A stretch of 64,000 nt of DNA, from positions 8,654-72,653 of the forward strand of contig CAZHAK010000012.1 in the NCBI GenBank assembly GCA_964530625.1, given 5' to 3'. Numbering within the stretch: the stretch's first letter is position 1; each line of letters opens with the position of its first letter. Both the position numbers and the translations under genes were made by a program. Of the stretch, positions 9,008-19,694 are shown piece by piece. This stretch comes from an uncultured Alphaproteobacteria bacterium. Lineage in GTDB: Bacteria; Electryoneota; RPQS01. The notes below the pieces were generated by a model, which did no database searches, had not been told where the DNA came from, and saw nothing but the letters and a program-made list of their open reading frames with translations.

Positions 9008-9766
9008 TTAAACTACGGTCAAAATATCTGCGTCGCCATCCGTGATGACAATTGTATGCTCAAAATGTGCGGCGGGTTGACGGTCGCGCGTCAGCACGTC
9101 CCAATCACCAATCATATCCACTTCCGGTCCGCCCATTGCGATCATAGGCTCAATGGCGATCACCATGTTCTTGCGAAGTAGAGGGCCTTTACCGGGAGCT
9201 CCGTAGTTTGGCACTTGCGGATCTTCCCAAAGACTTTTTCCGATACCGTGTCCCACTAATTCCCGAATCACCGAGAACCCGTGCGATTCCGCGTGTGATT
9301 GGACGGCGTGTCCGATGTTAGACAATCTCCTGCCAGCGCGAGCTTGTTCGATCCCTTTAGCGAGACATTCTTCGGTGACACGAATCAGTTCGGCTTCCCG
9401 TTCACTGATCTTGCCGATGGCGAATGTTCTCGCGCTGTCGGCATAGTACCCTTCATAGATCACGCCCAGGTCAAGTCCGATAATCTGTCCTTCTTCAATC
9501 ACGCGGCCCCTGGGCATACCGTGGACGACTTCTTCGTTGATCGAAAAACAAACGGAGTATGGGAATTTGACGCCATCGCCGTTCGGATGATTCTTGAAGG
9601 CGGGAATGGCTTTCTGTGAACGAATCGTCTCTTCGACAATTTTGTCCACGTCGTCGGCATTCGAGCCCGCGACCATAAGCGGCGCGGCGGCTTCAAACGC
9701 ACTGGCGAGGATTTGCCCTGCTTTGCGCATCAGGCGAATCTCCGCATCCGACTTTATGTGAATCAT
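9008..9766 (-). CDS. map: Methionine aminopeptidase type I.
   Basis: The 252-aa ORF has the MetAP metal-ligand context (..HGIG.., EPM, ..EHT..) and the spc-operon position after adk. Confidence 0.9.
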   Translation of the reverse strand: MIHIKSDAEIRLMRKAGQILASAFEAAAPLMVAGSNADDVDKIVEETIRSQKAIPAFKNHPNGDGVKFPYSVCFSINEEVVHGMPRGRVIEEGQIIGLDLGVIYEGYYADSARTFAIGKISEREAELIRVTEECLAKGIEQARAGRRLSNIGHAVQSHAESHGFSVIRELVGHGIGKSLWEDPQVPNYGAPGKGPLLRKNMVIAIEPMIAMGGPEVDMIGDWDVLTRDRQPAAHFEHTIVITDGDADILTVV

Positions 9767-10437
9767 TCGCTGATTCCGTCCAACTCAATCAAAACACGCG
9801 CGAACACTTCATTCGCGGTGCCCGTACCCGAAACCGTTTTCAAAGCGCGTTTGCGCTTGTAATAGTCCAGCAACGGCGCAGTTTTTTCGCGATAGATATT
9901 GAGGCGCGTTTTCACCGTTTCGGGTTGGTCGTCGTCGCGCTGAACGACTTGTGGAGTCTTGCCTTCAGGACACTTGTGCGCAGCAATCGCGGCTGAATCC
10001 GAAGTCAAATTGTAGGTCGCGCCGCAACTCAAACAGACTCTGCGGGAAGCTAACCGTTCAATAATCTCTTCATCCGGAACATCAATGGAAATCACGACGG
10101 GAGCAGGCAGATCAAACTCGGTAAGCAGAGTCTCGAGCGCGTCGGCTTGCGGGACAGTGCGTGGAAATCCATCGAAGATTGCTCCGCGAGCTGTGTCAGG
10201 TTTTTTCAAGCGCGACCGAACCAATTCAATCAACAGATCATCAGCGACCAATTCGCCTCGGCCCATGATATCCTGTACCTGTTTTCCCAACTCCGATTGC
10301 GCTTGAATCTCTGCACGGAGAATATCTCCGGTGGAGATTTGCGGTAACTTGAGCGCCTCAACGAGCTTTTTGGCTTGGGTTCCCTTCCCTACTCCAACCG
10401 CACCTAACAGAATAATCGAATAGCGGCTTACCGTCAT
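9763..10437 (-). CDS. adk: Adenylate kinase.
   Basis: It has the P-loop ILLGAVGVGKGTQAKKL, the ISTGDILRAE motif and a zinc-lid CxxC...C segment. Its start overlaps the map stop. Confidence 0.9.
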   Translation of the reverse strand: MTVSRYSIILLGAVGVGKGTQAKKLVEALKLPQISTGDILRAEIQAQSELGKQVQDIMGRGELVADDLLIELVRSRLKKPDTARGAIFDGFPRTVPQADALETLLTEFDLPAPVVISIDVPDEEIIERLASRRVCLSCGATYNLTSDSAAIAAHKCPEGKTPQVVQRDDDQPETVKTRLNIYREKTAPLLDYYKRKRALKTVSGTGTANEVFARVLIELDGISE

Positions 10438-10452
10438 CTCAGCACCAAAAGT

Positions 10453-11781
10453 TTACATTCTGCGGCGGCCACGGATTCGCCCGGATTTCATAATCCCGTC
10501 ATAGTGTCGCATGACCAAATGCGATTCAATTTGTTGCAGCGTATCGAGTGCGACGCCGACGATAATCAGCAAGCCAGTGCCGCCAAAGAACTGGGCGACG
10601 TTGTAGGACACACCGAATTGTCGAATAAAGATCGTCGGAAGCGTGGCGATGATTCCCAGGAAGATAGCGCCGGGCAGAGTGACTTTAGACAGAATGTTGT
10701 CAATAAAGTCGGACGTCTGCTTGCCGGGTCGAATACCGGGAATAAATCCGCCATTCTTCTTCATATTGTCTGCCAGATCAACGGGATTCAGAATAATCGC
10801 CGTGTAGAAATACGTGAAGAAGACGATCAGCAGGAACGTCATGGTCGAATAGACAAAGCTCTCGACGCCGAAGGCCTGTGTAAGATAGTCGCGGAATCCG
10901 CCTTCCGGCAGGAACGTCGCCACCGAGGATGGCACGAACATGATCGACTGGGCGAAGATGATGGGCATCACACCGGCGGAATTGACACGCAGCGGAATGT
11001 GCGTTGAGACACCACCGTACTGTTTGCGGCCCACGTTGCGCTTCGCGTACTGAACCGGAATCTTGCGCACGCCCTGGGTAAGAATGACGACCGAGGCCGT
11101 GATCACGAACAACAGTACCAAGAACACGACTTCCATCGCGATGTGACGCTGTCCGGTAGCAACCATCGTGAACTCTTCCAAGATCGCCGACGGCAGAGTA
11201 TTGATAATCCCCACCATGATGATCAACGATATACCGTTACCGATACCGCGTTCGGTAATCTGCTCACCGAGCCACATAATAAAAGTGGTTCCAGCGGCCA
11301 GCGTAATCATGGTCAAGAGATTAAAACCAATACCCGGGTCCGGCACGACGGGCACACCGGACGGCGATACCAAACGGGTCAAGAAAATCGAAACACCACC
11401 AGCCTGCATGGCGGACAACAGAACGGTACCGTAGCGGGTAAGCTGAGTAATTTTCTTGCGGCCCTCTTCGCCTTCTTTTTGCAGCTTCTGGAAATACGGT
11501 ACGACCGAACCCATAAGCTGGAAAATAATCGAGGCGGAGATGTACGGCATAATACCGAGGGCGAAAACGGTGGCGCGTTCAAAGGCACCGCCGACAAACA
11601 TATCATAGAGGCCAAACAGCGTCGTGCGGTTGGCGGCCATGAACTCGCCCATCGCGCTGGCGTTAATTCCGGCCAGCGGCACGTGACCACCGATGCGGTA
11701 CACGAGCAAAATGAGCAACGTAAACAGAATACGATCACGCAGCTCAGGGATTTTGAAGATGTTCGCGAAACGGTCGAGCAT
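10453..11781 (-). CDS. secY: Preprotein translocase subunit SecY.
   Basis: The 442-aa ORF is a 10-TM protein with conserved SecY segments. It follows rplO as expected. Confidence 0.9.
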   Translation of the reverse strand: MLDRFANIFKIPELRDRILFTLLILLVYRIGGHVPLAGINASAMGEFMAANRTTLFGLYDMFVGGAFERATVFALGIMPYISASIIFQLMGSVVPYFQKLQKEGEEGRKKITQLTRYGTVLLSAMQAGGVSIFLTRLVSPSGVPVVPDPGIGFNLLTMITLAAGTTFIMWLGEQITERGIGNGISLIIMVGIINTLPSAILEEFTMVATGQRHIAMEVVFLVLLFVITASVVILTQGVRKIPVQYAKRNVGRKQYGGVSTHIPLRVNSAGVMPIIFAQSIMFVPSSVATFLPEGGFRDYLTQAFGVESFVYSTMTFLLIVFFTYFYTAIILNPVDLADNMKKNGGFIPGIRPGKQTSDFIDNILSKVTLPGAIFLGIIATLPTIFIRQFGVSYNVAQFFGGTGLLIIVGVALDTLQQIESHLVMRHYDGIMKSGRIRGRRRM

Positions 11782-12218
11782 TAGGCGGCAACCACACTAC
11801 CACCAGCGGCGGTAATTTTCTCAGCGGCAGCCTTCGACACCGTGCACATGGAAATCTGATACGCGCGATCGGCATCACCCATCGCGAGGATTTTCACGGC
11901 GGATTCGGCGTAGCGAATCAAACCGGCATTCTTCAATATCTCCGGGGTCACCGTGGTGTCTGACAATCTTTTCAGGTCACGCAGGTTGACGACTTCATTG
12001 CCTTCAGCCCAAACATTCGTAAAACCGCGCTTCGGTAAGCGGCGATGCAACGGCATCTGACCACCTTCAAAGCCGCGCTTATGTACGGAGCCTGAGCGCG
12101 AATAATATCCCTTTTCACCACGTCCGGAAGTCCCCCCCACGCCGGAACCGGGACCGCGTCCGAGGCGCTTTTTTGTCTGAGTGGAGCCGGGAGCGGGAGT
12201 GAGTTTATTCATACCCAT
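11781..12218 (-). CDS. rplO: 50S ribosomal protein L15.
   Basis: ...KKRLGRGPGSGVGGTSGRGEKG... is the L15 glycine-rich motif. I set the start at the internal ATG (MGMNKL), which is preceded by GAAGGAG. The ORF track extends to 12251. Confidence 0.85.
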   Translation of the reverse strand: MGMNKLTPAPGSTQTKKRLGRGPGSGVGGTSGRGEKGYYSRSGSVHKRGFEGGQMPLHRRLPKRGFTNVWAEGNEVVNLRDLKRLSDTTVTPEILKNAGLIRYAESAVKILAMGDADRAYQISMCTVSKAAAEKITAAGGSVVAA

Positions 12219-12415
12219 TAGCTGCTGGCTCCTTCGTTGACTTGCTTCCATTCGACCATGTGCGAAACTTTCGCGATCATGCCACGAATAGCGGCGTTAT
12301 CGGGCAGGATTCTCGTTTCATTCAAACGATGAAATCCGAGAGCTTCGATGGTGCGCCGATGAAAGTAGGGTCGAGACGCGACGCTACGGATAAGTTTAAT
12401 TTCGAGCTTTGCCAT
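12218..12415 (-). CDS. rpmD: 50S ribosomal protein L30.
   Basis: MAKLEIKLIRSVASRPYFHRRTIEALGF... matches L30. Confidence 0.85.
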   Translation of the reverse strand: MAKLEIKLIRSVASRPYFHRRTIEALGFHRLNETRILPDNAAIRGMIAKVSHMVEWKQVNEGASS

Positions 12416-12463
12416 GGTGCTATGAGATAAGTGAGCGCGCGACAGTCACGCGATCAGACTTAT

Positions 12464-13009
12464 TTAGAGAGTGAAGACTTCTTTTGTAGTGATACCTCGA
12501 CGCGCTGCCACCATGCGGGCGTCGTTCATTCCTTCCAGCGCGCGGAAGACCGCTTTGACGACATTGTGCGGGTTATTCGTGCCCATCACCTTCGTCAAGA
12601 CATCGCGCACGCCGAGACACTCCATAACCATACGAACCGAACCACCGGCGATGACGCCCGTACCGGCAGAAGCGGGACGCAAAAACACTTTGCCCGCTCC
12701 AAATTTTCCGTGCGTGGCATGCGGAAGTGTTTGACCTAAAAGCGGGTAGCGCTTCAGACTGCGCTTGGCCACTTCAGTGCCTTTGCGGATGGCGTCGGCG
12801 ACTTCATTCGCTTTGCCGAGACCGAAGCCTGCACGTCCATGTCCATCGCCGACGATGACGATAGCATTGAACGAGAAGTTACGACCGCCCTTAACGACTT
12901 TGGCGACGCGATTGACTGCGACGAGTTTTTCGAGCAGGGATTCTCCGCCGGCATATTCAGCCGAGCGGTCTTCGCGGTCACGGCCGCGGCGGGGATTATT
13001 GCCGTTCAT
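12464..13009 (-). CDS. rpsE: 30S ribosomal protein S5.
   Basis: ...[39 protein letters not shown]... matches S5. Confidence 0.9.
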   Translation of the reverse strand: MNGNNPRRGRDREDRSAEYAGGESLLEKLVAVNRVAKVVKGGRNFSFNAIVIVGDGHGRAGFGLGKANEVADAIRKGTEVAKRSLKRYPLLGQTLPHATHGKFGAGKVFLRPASAGTGVIAGGSVRMVMECLGVRDVLTKVMGTNNPHNVVKAVFRALEGMNDARMVAARRGITTKEVFTL

Positions 13010-13024
13010 CTGCGCTTACTGTGT

Positions 13025-13396
13025 TTAGAATTTGAGGCCGCCTTTACGCGCGCCTTCGGCCACTGCTTTCACGCGGCCATGATACGGGAAGCCGTTGCGA
13101 TCGAACACAATGGTTTCGATAGATTTTTCGCGAGCTTTTTTCGCGCACAAATCGCCGACCAATTCGGCCACTTGCGTGGGGTTTTTACCGTCGGTTTGCC
13201 CTTTCAAATCGGGCGACAGTGACGACACACCGAATAGGGTCTGGCCCGACACGTCGTCCACGAGCTGCGCATACATATGCGCGACACTTCGATAGATAAC
13301 CATGCGCGGGCGAACGGCGGTACCGTTAACGACCTTGCGGATGTGCATCTTGCGGCGCACTCTGGCGCGCTTGCGTATGGCAATTTTTCTTGACAC
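13025..13396 (-). CDS. rplR: 50S ribosomal protein L18.
   Basis: 123 aa, L18-like, in spc order. Confidence 0.9.
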   Translation of the reverse strand: MSRKIAIRKRARVRRKMHIRKVVNGTAVRPRMVIYRSVAHMYAQLVDDVSGQTLFGVSSLSPDLKGQTDGKNPTQVAELVGDLCAKKAREKSIETIVFDRNGFPYHGRVKAVAEGARKGGLKF

Positions 13397-13428
13397 GAAT
13401 GGAACGCTATCTACAATTTAATAAATGC

Positions 13429-13965
13429 TTACTTACCGGTCTTACCGGCCTTACGATGAATGTGTTCGCCGGTGTACATGATGCCCTTGCCTTTGTACGG
13501 TTCAGGCTTGCGGACTGAACGAATCGTCGCGGCAATCTGTCCGACCATCTCACGGTCTACACCGCTGACCATAATGGTAGTCGGGCCAGTGACGTCGGCT
13601 TTGACGTCAGGCGGAATCACGACAAAGACGGGATGACTAAAACCGACGTTAAGGAGAATGCCGCGCTTTTTGGCTTCGACTTTGAAACCGACGCCGACAA
13701 TCTGCAACTCTTTTTTGAAACCATCGGTAACGCCGACGACCATGTTGTTTAACAAAGCGCGCGACAGGCCGTGCAGTTGGCGATGAGCTTTTCCGTCTGT
13801 CGGGCGGTGACATGTGAGTGTTCCGTCATCCAACTTGATGGCAATATCCTCATGGAACGTGCGTGAAAGCTCTCCCTTAGGTCCTTTAACGGTGACCTCG
13901 GGCCCGTTGAGCTTTACCTCGACGCCTTTAGGTAGTGTGATGGGTGCGCGACCGACGCGTGACAC
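13429..13965 (-). CDS. rplF: 50S ribosomal protein L6.
   Basis: 178 aa, MSRVGRAPITLPKGVEVKLNG... Confidence 0.9.
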   Translation of the reverse strand: MSRVGRAPITLPKGVEVKLNGPEVTVKGPKGELSRTFHEDIAIKLDDGTLTCHRPTDGKAHRQLHGLSRALLNNMVVGVTDGFKKELQIVGVGFKVEAKKRGILLNVGFSHPVFVVIPPDVKADVTGPTTIMVSGVDREMVGQIAATIRSVRKPEPYKGKGIMYTGEHIHRKAGKTGK

Positions 13966-13988
13966 GATGTAACTCCGTGGAAATTAGT

Positions 13989-14384
13989 TTACCAGACTTC
14001 AGCCAGGACTTCACCTCCGACTCCGGCGCGTCGCGCCTGATTGCCGGTCAGTAGCCCTTTGGGTGTCGTCAGAATCGCGATGCCGAGTCCATTCAGCACG
14101 CGGGGGATTTCGAATTGATTAACATATCGGCGCAAGCCGGGAGTCGAGATACGACGCAAGCCTTGGATAGCGGGTTGTCCATTGCTATACTTCAGATAGA
14201 CTCTAATGAATCCTTGGGGGCCCTCATCAACTTGCACAAAGTCACGGATATAGTAGGCCTCGAGCAGAACGCGCGCGAGATCGTGTTTCATTTTGGAGAA
14301 GGGAATGTCAACGTACGTTTTACGCGCGTTGATCGCGTTACGCACGCGAGTCAGGAAATCAGCAATAGGATCGGTTGTCGGCAT
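13989..14384 (-). CDS. rpsH: 30S ribosomal protein S8.
   Basis: 131 aa, MPTTDPIADFLTRVRNA... Confidence 0.9.
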   Translation of the reverse strand: MPTTDPIADFLTRVRNAINARKTYVDIPFSKMKHDLARVLLEAYYIRDFVQVDEGPQGFIRVYLKYSNGQPAIQGLRRISTPGLRRYVNQFEIPRVLNGLGIAILTTPKGLLTGNQARRAGVGGEVLAEVW

Positions 14385-14399
14385 GGTTGTGTTTCGTGC

Positions 14400-14585
14400 T
14401 TACCAACTTGACTTAACAACACCCGGAATATCACCGGCGTGGGCGAGATCTCTGAAGCAGAGCCTGCAGAGGCCAAACTTTTTATAGACAGCGCGCGGAC
14501 GACCGCATCGGCGGCAGCGTGTGTAGGCTCGCACCTTGAACTTCGGGGTTTTCTTCGCTTTCGCGATCATGCAGGCTTTAGCCAT
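14400..14585 (-). CDS. rpsZ: 30S ribosomal protein S14, type Z (zinc-binding).
   Basis: The 61-aa ORF carries the CxxC...CxxC motif [22 protein letters not shown]. Confidence 0.85.
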   Translation of the reverse strand: MAKACMIAKAKKTPKFKVRAYTRCRRCGRPRAVYKKFGLCRLCFRDLAHAGDIPGVVKSSW

Positions 14586-14606
14586 AGTATCGTCGTTTTG
14601 AAAGGG

Positions 14607-15314
14607 TTATGCCGCTGCGGCGACTTTTTTGTCTTCACGCTTACGGAACGGAAGGCCGAGCTGTTTCAGCAGTTCGTAGGCTTCTTTGTCCGATTTTGCG
14701 CTGGTCACAAAGGTGATGTCCATGCCGCGAATCTTCTCAACCTTATCGAGGTCAATTTCAGGGAAGATGATTTGTTCACGCAGACCGAGCGAGAAATTGC
14801 CGCGACCGTCGAAACCACGATCTGGCAAACCACGAAAGTCACGGATGCGAGGAGTCGCCATTGAAACAAAGCGATCCAGAAACTCCCACATGGCAGTGCG
14901 GCGCAGTGTCACGAAGACGCCGACAGGCATACCTTCACGGAGTTTGAAATTCGAGACGGATTTGCGTGCTTTGGCGACCGTCGGCTTTTGGCCCGTGATC
15001 ATCGCGACTTCCTTGACGATGCCCTCAACCACACGCGGGTTCAGAGTCGCATCACCGCAGCCAACGTTGAGAGTAATCTTCTGCAACCGCGGGAGCTCCA
15101 TCGGATTTTTGTAACCGAACGTCTTGGTCAGGCCGGGCACGACATTTTCATTGTAGTGCGTGACAAGACGCGGCACGTAACCTTTCGGGAGCGCGGGGCG
15201 CTCACCTGCGACGTTTAGTCCACCGCCCTTGCTGCTGCCGGCTTTGGCGGGTTTGCCTTGCGGTGCGCCGCCACTTTTCGGTTTCGCTTTGGGTTTTGCT
15301 TTTTCAGCGCTCAT
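14607..15314 (-). CDS. rplE: 50S ribosomal protein L5, with a roughly 48-aa N-terminal Lys/Ala/Pro-rich extension.
   Basis: The core [15 protein letters not shown]...ITLNVGCG matches L5. The ATG overlaps the rplX stop as ATAATGA (TAATG coupling), which supports the long form. An alternative internal GTG would give a standard-length L5. Confidence 0.85.
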   Translation of the reverse strand: MSAEKAKPKAKPKSGGAPQGKPAKAGSSKGGGLNVAGERPALPKGYVPRLVTHYNENVVPGLTKTFGYKNPMELPRLQKITLNVGCGDATLNPRVVEGIVKEVAMITGQKPTVAKARKSVSNFKLREGMPVGVFVTLRRTAMWEFLDRFVSMATPRIRDFRGLPDRGFDGRGNFSLGLREQIIFPEIDLDKVEKIRGMDITFVTSAKSDKEAYELLKQLGLPFRKREDKKVAAAA

Positions 15315-15637
15315 TATTCGGGAATCATTTCGTTAGACACGCGCGCAATACGGACACGCTTGTTGCCCTCGGCGCTTTTCAAAACAGTATGGCCCACGCG
15401 GGTCGGCTTGCCGCTCTTGGGATCAATCAGCATCACGTTAGAAACGTGGACGGTGCCTTCACGCTTGACGATGCCGCCCTGCTGATTTTGCTGACTAGGC
15501 TTGGTGTGGCGCATGATAAAATTCACGCCTTCGACCACGATGCGAAGTTTGTCGGGAAAGACCTTCAGGACTTTACCGCGTTTTCCGCGATCGTTGCCCG
15601 CGGTGACTTGCACCATATCATTCTTACGGATTTTCAT
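15314..15637 (-). CDS. rplX: 50S ribosomal protein L24.
   Basis: [26 protein letters not shown]... matches L24 with its KOW motif. Confidence 0.9.
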   Translation of the reverse strand: MKIRKNDMVQVTAGNDRGKRGKVLKVFPDKLRIVVEGVNFIMRHTKPSQQNQQGGIVKREGTVHVSNVMLIDPKSGKPTRVGHTVLKSAEGNKRVRIARVSNEMIPE

Positions 15638-15646
15638 AGCGGTTCC

Positions 15647-16015
15647 TTAGATCACCTCGGGCGCGAGGGACACGATCTTCATAAATTGTTTGTCGCGCAA
15701 CTCGCGCGCGACAGGTCCGAAGATACGCGTTCCAATCGGCTCGTTATCTTTATTGATCAGCACGGCGGCGTTTTCATCGAAGCGGATGTAGGATCCGTCC
15801 GACCGGCGCACTTCCTTGGCTGTGCGCACGATAACAGCGCGCGACTTGGAGCCCTTTTTTATGTTCGAATTCGGAATCGCCGTGCGCACCGAGACCATGA
15901 TAATATCGCCGACGGAGGCCGAGCGTCGTCCGGTGCCGCCATAGATCCGGAAGCAACGGACTTTTTTGGCGCCTGTGTTATCAGCAACATTGAGAACGGT
16001 ATATTCCTGAATCAT
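15647..16015 (-). CDS. rplN: 50S ribosomal protein L14.
   Basis: [19 protein letters not shown]... matches L14. Confidence 0.9.
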   Translation of the reverse strand: MIQEYTVLNVADNTGAKKVRCFRIYGGTGRRSASVGDIIMVSVRTAIPNSNIKKGSKSRAVIVRTAKEVRRSDGSYIRFDENAAVLINKDNEPIGTRIFGPVARELRDKQFMKIVSLAPEVI

Positions 16016-16018
16016 GGT

Positions 16019-16312
16019 TTACTTCTTCTTCTCAATGATTTCAATCAGGCGCCAGTTTTTACGCTTGGAAAGCGGTCGCGTTTCCATAATGCGCACTTTG
16101 TCGCCGATATTGCATTCGTTCTGACTGTCTTCAGCCATGAACTTTTGGGAAAGCTTAATATACTTGCCGAACAACGGATGCTTGACGCGGCGTTCAACTT
16201 TGACGACGATAGTCTTTTGCATTTTGTTCGAGACCACGAAACCGACGCGTGACTTACGCAGGCCGCGAGAATCGTCTTTGGAAATCTCTTTTAGGACAGC
16301 GACGTCGCTCAT
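16019..16312 (-). CDS. rpsQ: 30S ribosomal protein S17.
   Basis: 97 aa, S17-like, in S10-operon order. Confidence 0.9.
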   Translation of the reverse strand: MSDVAVLKEISKDDSRGLRKSRVGFVVSNKMQKTIVVKVERRVKHPLFGKYIKLSQKFMAEDSQNECNIGDKVRIMETRPLSKRKNWRLIEIIEKKK

Positions 16313-16551
16313 TTCACGCTACCTTTGCTCTGGCGGATGCCAAGTTCATGCTCACGAAGGAGGGTACGCAAACGCGCAATATCCCGGCGAACGCCGCGGA
16401 CGCGGACAGTATTCGGCAATTGTCCGGCGTCAAGCTGAAAGCGCAAGGCTTCCAGATTATCTTCGGATTCGATGAGCCGGTTTTCCAACTCGGCGGGAGC
16501 GAGCTCTTTAAGCTCAGTCATTTTTTGGGGTCTTGCGTTTCCGGATGCCAT
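16309..16551 (-). CDS. rpmC: 50S ribosomal protein L29.
   Basis: ...[41 protein letters not shown]... matches L29. The true start may be the internal ATG at about 16521 (MTELKEL). Confidence 0.8.
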   Translation of the reverse strand: MASGNARPQKMTELKELAPAELENRLIESEDNLEALRFQLDAGQLPNTVRVRGVRRDIARLRTLLREHELGIRQSKGSVK

Positions 16552-16557
16552 ACTTGC

Positions 16558-16977
16558 TTACGAGTGAACGGTTTCGCGTTCAACAAACTTGGTTTTAATG
16601 GGCAGCTTCTGCGCTGCAAGACGAAGAGCTTCACGCGCGAGTTCGCGTGTAACTCCTTCGAGTTCAAATAGGATGCGGCCCGGTCGAATGACGGCACAGT
16701 AAAAATCAGTTGCGCCCTTGCCCTTGCCTTGACGGACTTCAAGCGGCTTTTTCGATACGGGCTTGTCGGGGAAGACACGAATCCAGACTTTGCCACCACG
16801 TTTAATGTGGCGTGTCATGGCCACACGGGCAGCTTCGATTTGGCGCGCGGTCATCCAGCAATCATCCATGGCTTTCAAGCCAAATTCACCGAAGGCGACG
16901 TCGCACCCGCAGTAGTCGTAGCCTTTGCGGCGGCGGCGCTGCTGTTTACGGAATTTAAGTCTTTTGGGCGTAAGCAT
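16558..16977 (-). CDS. rplP: 50S ribosomal protein L16.
   Basis: [19 protein letters not shown]... matches L16. Confidence 0.9.
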   Translation of the reverse strand: MLTPKRLKFRKQQRRRRKGYDYCGCDVAFGEFGLKAMDDCWMTARQIEAARVAMTRHIKRGGKVWIRVFPDKPVSKKPLEVRQGKGKGATDFYCAVIRPGRILFELEGVTRELAREALRLAAQKLPIKTKFVERETVHS

Positions 16978-16989
16978 GGGTTAATAAAA

Positions 16990-17736
16990 TCAGTTGGAGT
17001 GACGGCGATCACGTCCGCGTCCACGATCCCGGTGATCGCGATCTCCGCGGCTGAAGCCCTCAGGTCCTGAGTCGGGACGTTCAATAGCGTCCGGTCCGTT
17101 GACTTTGCCTTTGCCGATGACTTCACCGCGGCAAATCCAGACTTTGACGCCGATCGTGCCGTAGGTGGTGCGGGCAACAGACAGTGCGTAATCAATATCG
17201 GCACGCAGCGTATGCAGCGGCGTGCGGCCTTCTTTATATCCTTCGGTACGCGACATTTCGGCACCGCCCAAGCGACCGGACACGAGAACCTTGATTCCCT
17301 CGGCGCCCATGCGCATCGTGGTTTGAATCGCTTTTTTCATAGCACGGCGGAACGAAACGCGTCCTTCAAGCTGCTGGGCAATCATATCGGCGACGAGCTT
17401 GGCTTCAAGTTCAGGACGCTTGATTTCATAGATATTCACTTGGACGTCGCGCTTTGTCAGCTTTTTGAGTTCAGCTTTAAGCTTATCCACTTCCGACCCT
17501 TTGCGGCCGATAACAATACCGGGGCGCGCTGTGCGAATCGTGAGTGTGAGCATCTTCGGTGTGCGCTCGAAAGTGATACCCGCAACTGAAGCGCCTTTGA
17601 GACGCTGCATCAGGTATTTGCGGAGATAAAGGTCTTCTTCGAGCTTATCGGCAAAGTTACGCTCATCGAACCAATGACTGTTCCATGTGCGGATGATGCC
17701 TGTGCGAAGGCCGATCGGATGAACTTTCTGACCCAC
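16990..17736 (-). CDS. rpsC: 30S ribosomal protein S3, with an Arg/Asp-rich C-terminal tail.
   Basis: [23 protein letters not shown]... matches S3 with its KH domain. The C-terminus ends in [16 protein letters not shown]. Confidence 0.9.
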   Translation of the reverse strand: MGQKVHPIGLRTGIIRTWNSHWFDERNFADKLEEDLYLRKYLMQRLKGASVAGITFERTPKMLTLTIRTARPGIVIGRKGSEVDKLKAELKKLTKRDVQVNIYEIKRPELEAKLVADMIAQQLEGRVSFRRAMKKAIQTTMRMGAEGIKVLVSGRLGGAEMSRTEGYKEGRTPLHTLRADIDYALSVARTTYGTIGVKVWICRGEVIGKGKVNGPDAIERPDSGPEGFSRGDRDHRDRGRGRDRRHSN

Positions 17737-17738
17737 AG

Positions 17739-18233
17739 TTACTCAGACTTACTTTTAGGGGTGGATTTTTTCTTCGCCGCGGTTTTCTTGGCGGCGGCTT
17801 TTTTCGCAGGCTTCTTGGCAGCCTTCTTAACGGGCGCGGCCTTAACCGCTTCCGTCTCGGGCTCTTCACTCGCGCCGGCGGTTGCGACAACCGGAGTAGA
17901 CACGATCACAGTCAGGTGTGACATCCGCTTCTTAATCGGCGTAGCGCGACCCTGCGCGCGCGGCATGAAGCGATGCATGGTTGGACCTTCGTCGGCAAAG
18001 ATCGTGCGGACATGCAGGGAATCAATCTCCGCTGAGGTTGCGTCATGCAATTGCGCGTAGTTCGCGACGGCGGATTGAATGGCCTTTAACGTCGGCTCGG
18101 ACGCCGAGCGCGGTGTGAACTTCAAGATATTAATTGCATCGCTGATGTTCTTTCCGCGCACAAGATCAGCCACCAGGCGCATCTTGCGGGGAGTCACGCG
18201 AACAAAGCGGGCAACGCAACGTGCTTCTTCCAT
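17739..18233 (-). CDS. rplV: 50S ribosomal protein L22, with a roughly 50-aa Lys/Ala-rich C-terminal extension.
   Basis: The core [28 protein letters not shown]... matches L22. The tail reads ...[34 protein letters not shown]. Confidence 0.9.
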   Translation of the reverse strand: MEEARCVARFVRVTPRKMRLVADLVRGKNISDAINILKFTPRSASEPTLKAIQSAVANYAQLHDATSAEIDSLHVRTIFADEGPTMHRFMPRAQGRATPIKKRMSHLTVIVSTPVVATAGASEEPETEAVKAAPVKKAAKKPAKKAAAKKTAAKKKSTPKSKSE

Positions 18234-18242
18234 CGTCCTACC

Positions 18243-18530
18243 TTACTTCTTCCGGGCGGTAGCTTCCGCCTTCTTTTCCGTGTGTCCCTTAAAGGTGCGG
18301 GTCAGCGCGAATTCGCCGAGCTTATGTCCGACCATGTTCTCCGTGATGTATACCGGGAGGAACTTGCGACCGTTATGCACGGCCAGCGTATGCCCCACGA
18401 AATCCGGGGAGATGACACTGCGACGCGACCAGGTCTTCAGCACCTTCTTTTCATTCTTGTCGTTCATCTGTTGTATACGCATATCTAAACGCGCATCGAT
18501 GTACGGACCTTTTTTAAGCGAACGGGCCAT
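18243..18530 (-). CDS. rpsS: 30S ribosomal protein S19.
   Basis: [15 protein letters not shown]...HNGRKF matches S19. Confidence 0.9.
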   Translation of the reverse strand: MARSLKKGPYIDARLDMRIQQMNDKNEKKVLKTWSRRSVISPDFVGHTLAVHNGRKFLPVYITENMVGHKLGEFALTRTFKGHTEKKAEATARKK

Positions 18531-18542
18531 TGCGGATAATAA

Positions 18543-19388
18543 TTATGAGAGTTGCGTCTTGTCGCGACGGCGACGGACGATCAGTTTATTCGATTTTTTG
18601 CGCGGGTTACGCGTCTTCAAACCTTTGGTAATCTTTCCCCACGGAGTCGTCGGATGACGTCCACCGGAGCTTCTACCTTCACCACCACCCATCGGATGGT
18701 CAACGGGATTCTTCGTCACGCCGCGGTTGTGACCACGACGCCCCAGCCAGCGAGTACGGCCAGCCTTGCCCGACACGACGCTTTCGTGATCAAGATTACC
18801 GACCTGACCGATGGTGGCCATACACATAGCGGGGACGCGTCGCACTTCACCCGAAGGGAGCTTGATTAGCGCGTAATTTTCGTCAACTGCCATCAATTGA
18901 CAAGCGGCTCCAGCGCTGCGGGAAATCTGTCCGCCCTTACCCACACGCATTTCCACGTTATGGATAAAGGTCGCCAGCGGAATCTTTGCAAGTGGAAGCG
19001 CATTGCCGACGCGGATGTCGGCTTCCTTGCGTGACGACATAACTTTGTCGCCAACTTTCAGCCCGTCGGGCGCAATAATATAACGTTTCTCGCCATCCGC
19101 ATAAAACAGCAAAGCGATATTTGCAGAACGGTTGGGGTCGTACTCCAAGCGCTCAACTTTCGCAGGGATGTCGTATTTGTTGCGACGGAAATCAACGATG
19201 CGGTAACGGCGTTTGTGCCCGCCACCGGTATTGATATTGGTTGCCCGTCCGAGATTGTTGCGGCCGCCCGTCTTGGACAGGGGAGCAAGCAAGCTCTTCT
19301 CGGGATCACCCTGCCACAAGTCTGTCCGCACGAGAACGGTGCGGTAGCGTTGGGACGGGGTCAGGGGGCGAAACTTCTTCAGCGGCAT
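18543..19388 (-). CDS. rplB: 50S ribosomal protein L2.
   Basis: The 281-aa ORF has the conserved ...[13 protein letters not shown]... and C-terminal [10 protein letters not shown] motifs. Confidence 0.9.
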   Translation of the reverse strand: MPLKKFRPLTPSQRYRTVLVRTDLWQGDPEKSLLAPLSKTGGRNNLGRATNINTGGGHKRRYRIVDFRRNKYDIPAKVERLEYDPNRSANIALLFYADGEKRYIIAPDGLKVGDKVMSSRKEADIRVGNALPLAKIPLATFIHNVEMRVGKGGQISRSAGAACQLMAVDENYALIKLPSGEVRRVPAMCMATIGQVGNLDHESVVSGKAGRTRWLGRRGHNRGVTKNPVDHPMGGGEGRSSGGRHPTTPWGKITKGLKTRNPRKKSNKLIVRRRRDKTQLS

Positions 19389-19403
19389 GGTAAATGGAAA
19401 CTC

Positions 19404-19694
19404 TTAGACGTTTTGCGCCAGCTCGATGGTGTCACCCTTTTTCAGGGTGACGATCGCTTTCTTCCAATTGGGGCGACGGCCTTCAAAGCGGCCCAGTCGC
19501 TTGGTCTTCCCGCGCACGTTCATGGTTTGAACGGCGAGGACGGACACTTCGTACTTCTTTTCGACAGCGCGCTTGATTTCGATCTTGTTGGCTTTCGGGT
19601 CAACTTCAAAGAAGTACTGATTGAAAGCATCTTGCGCGGCGGTAATTTTTTCCGTCAGCAACGGCTTGCGGAGGACGCTTCGCTTATGCAGCAT
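19404..19694 (-). CDS. rplW: 50S ribosomal protein L23.
   Basis: 96 aa, L23-like, between rplD and rplB. Confidence 0.85.
   Translation of the reverse strand: MLHKRSVLRKPLLTEKITAAQDAFNQYFFEVDPKANKIEIKRAVEKKYEVSVLAVQTMNVRGKTKRLGRFEGRRPNWKKAIVTLKKGDTIELAQNV

Noticed and set aside
8930-9010. Apparent 1-nt discrepancy between my hand translation of the printed bases and the ORF-track protein in the infA/map region, which would imply a frameshift.
   Set aside because: The ORF track gives intact, conserved IF-1 and MetAP sequences, and the offset cancels within map. I attribute it to my manual counting, not to a real frameshift or pseudogene.
15263-16252. Long antisense ORFs across the ribosomal and RNAP genes (e.g. 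15263-16252 at 329 aa, 29180-30685 at 501 aa, 7092-7859, 20244-21041, 37011-37694).
   Set aside because: They lie opposite highly conserved, confidently identified genes. Their low-complexity Arg/His/Ala-rich translations are typical of GC-rich antisense frames. No SD or independent signals are present.
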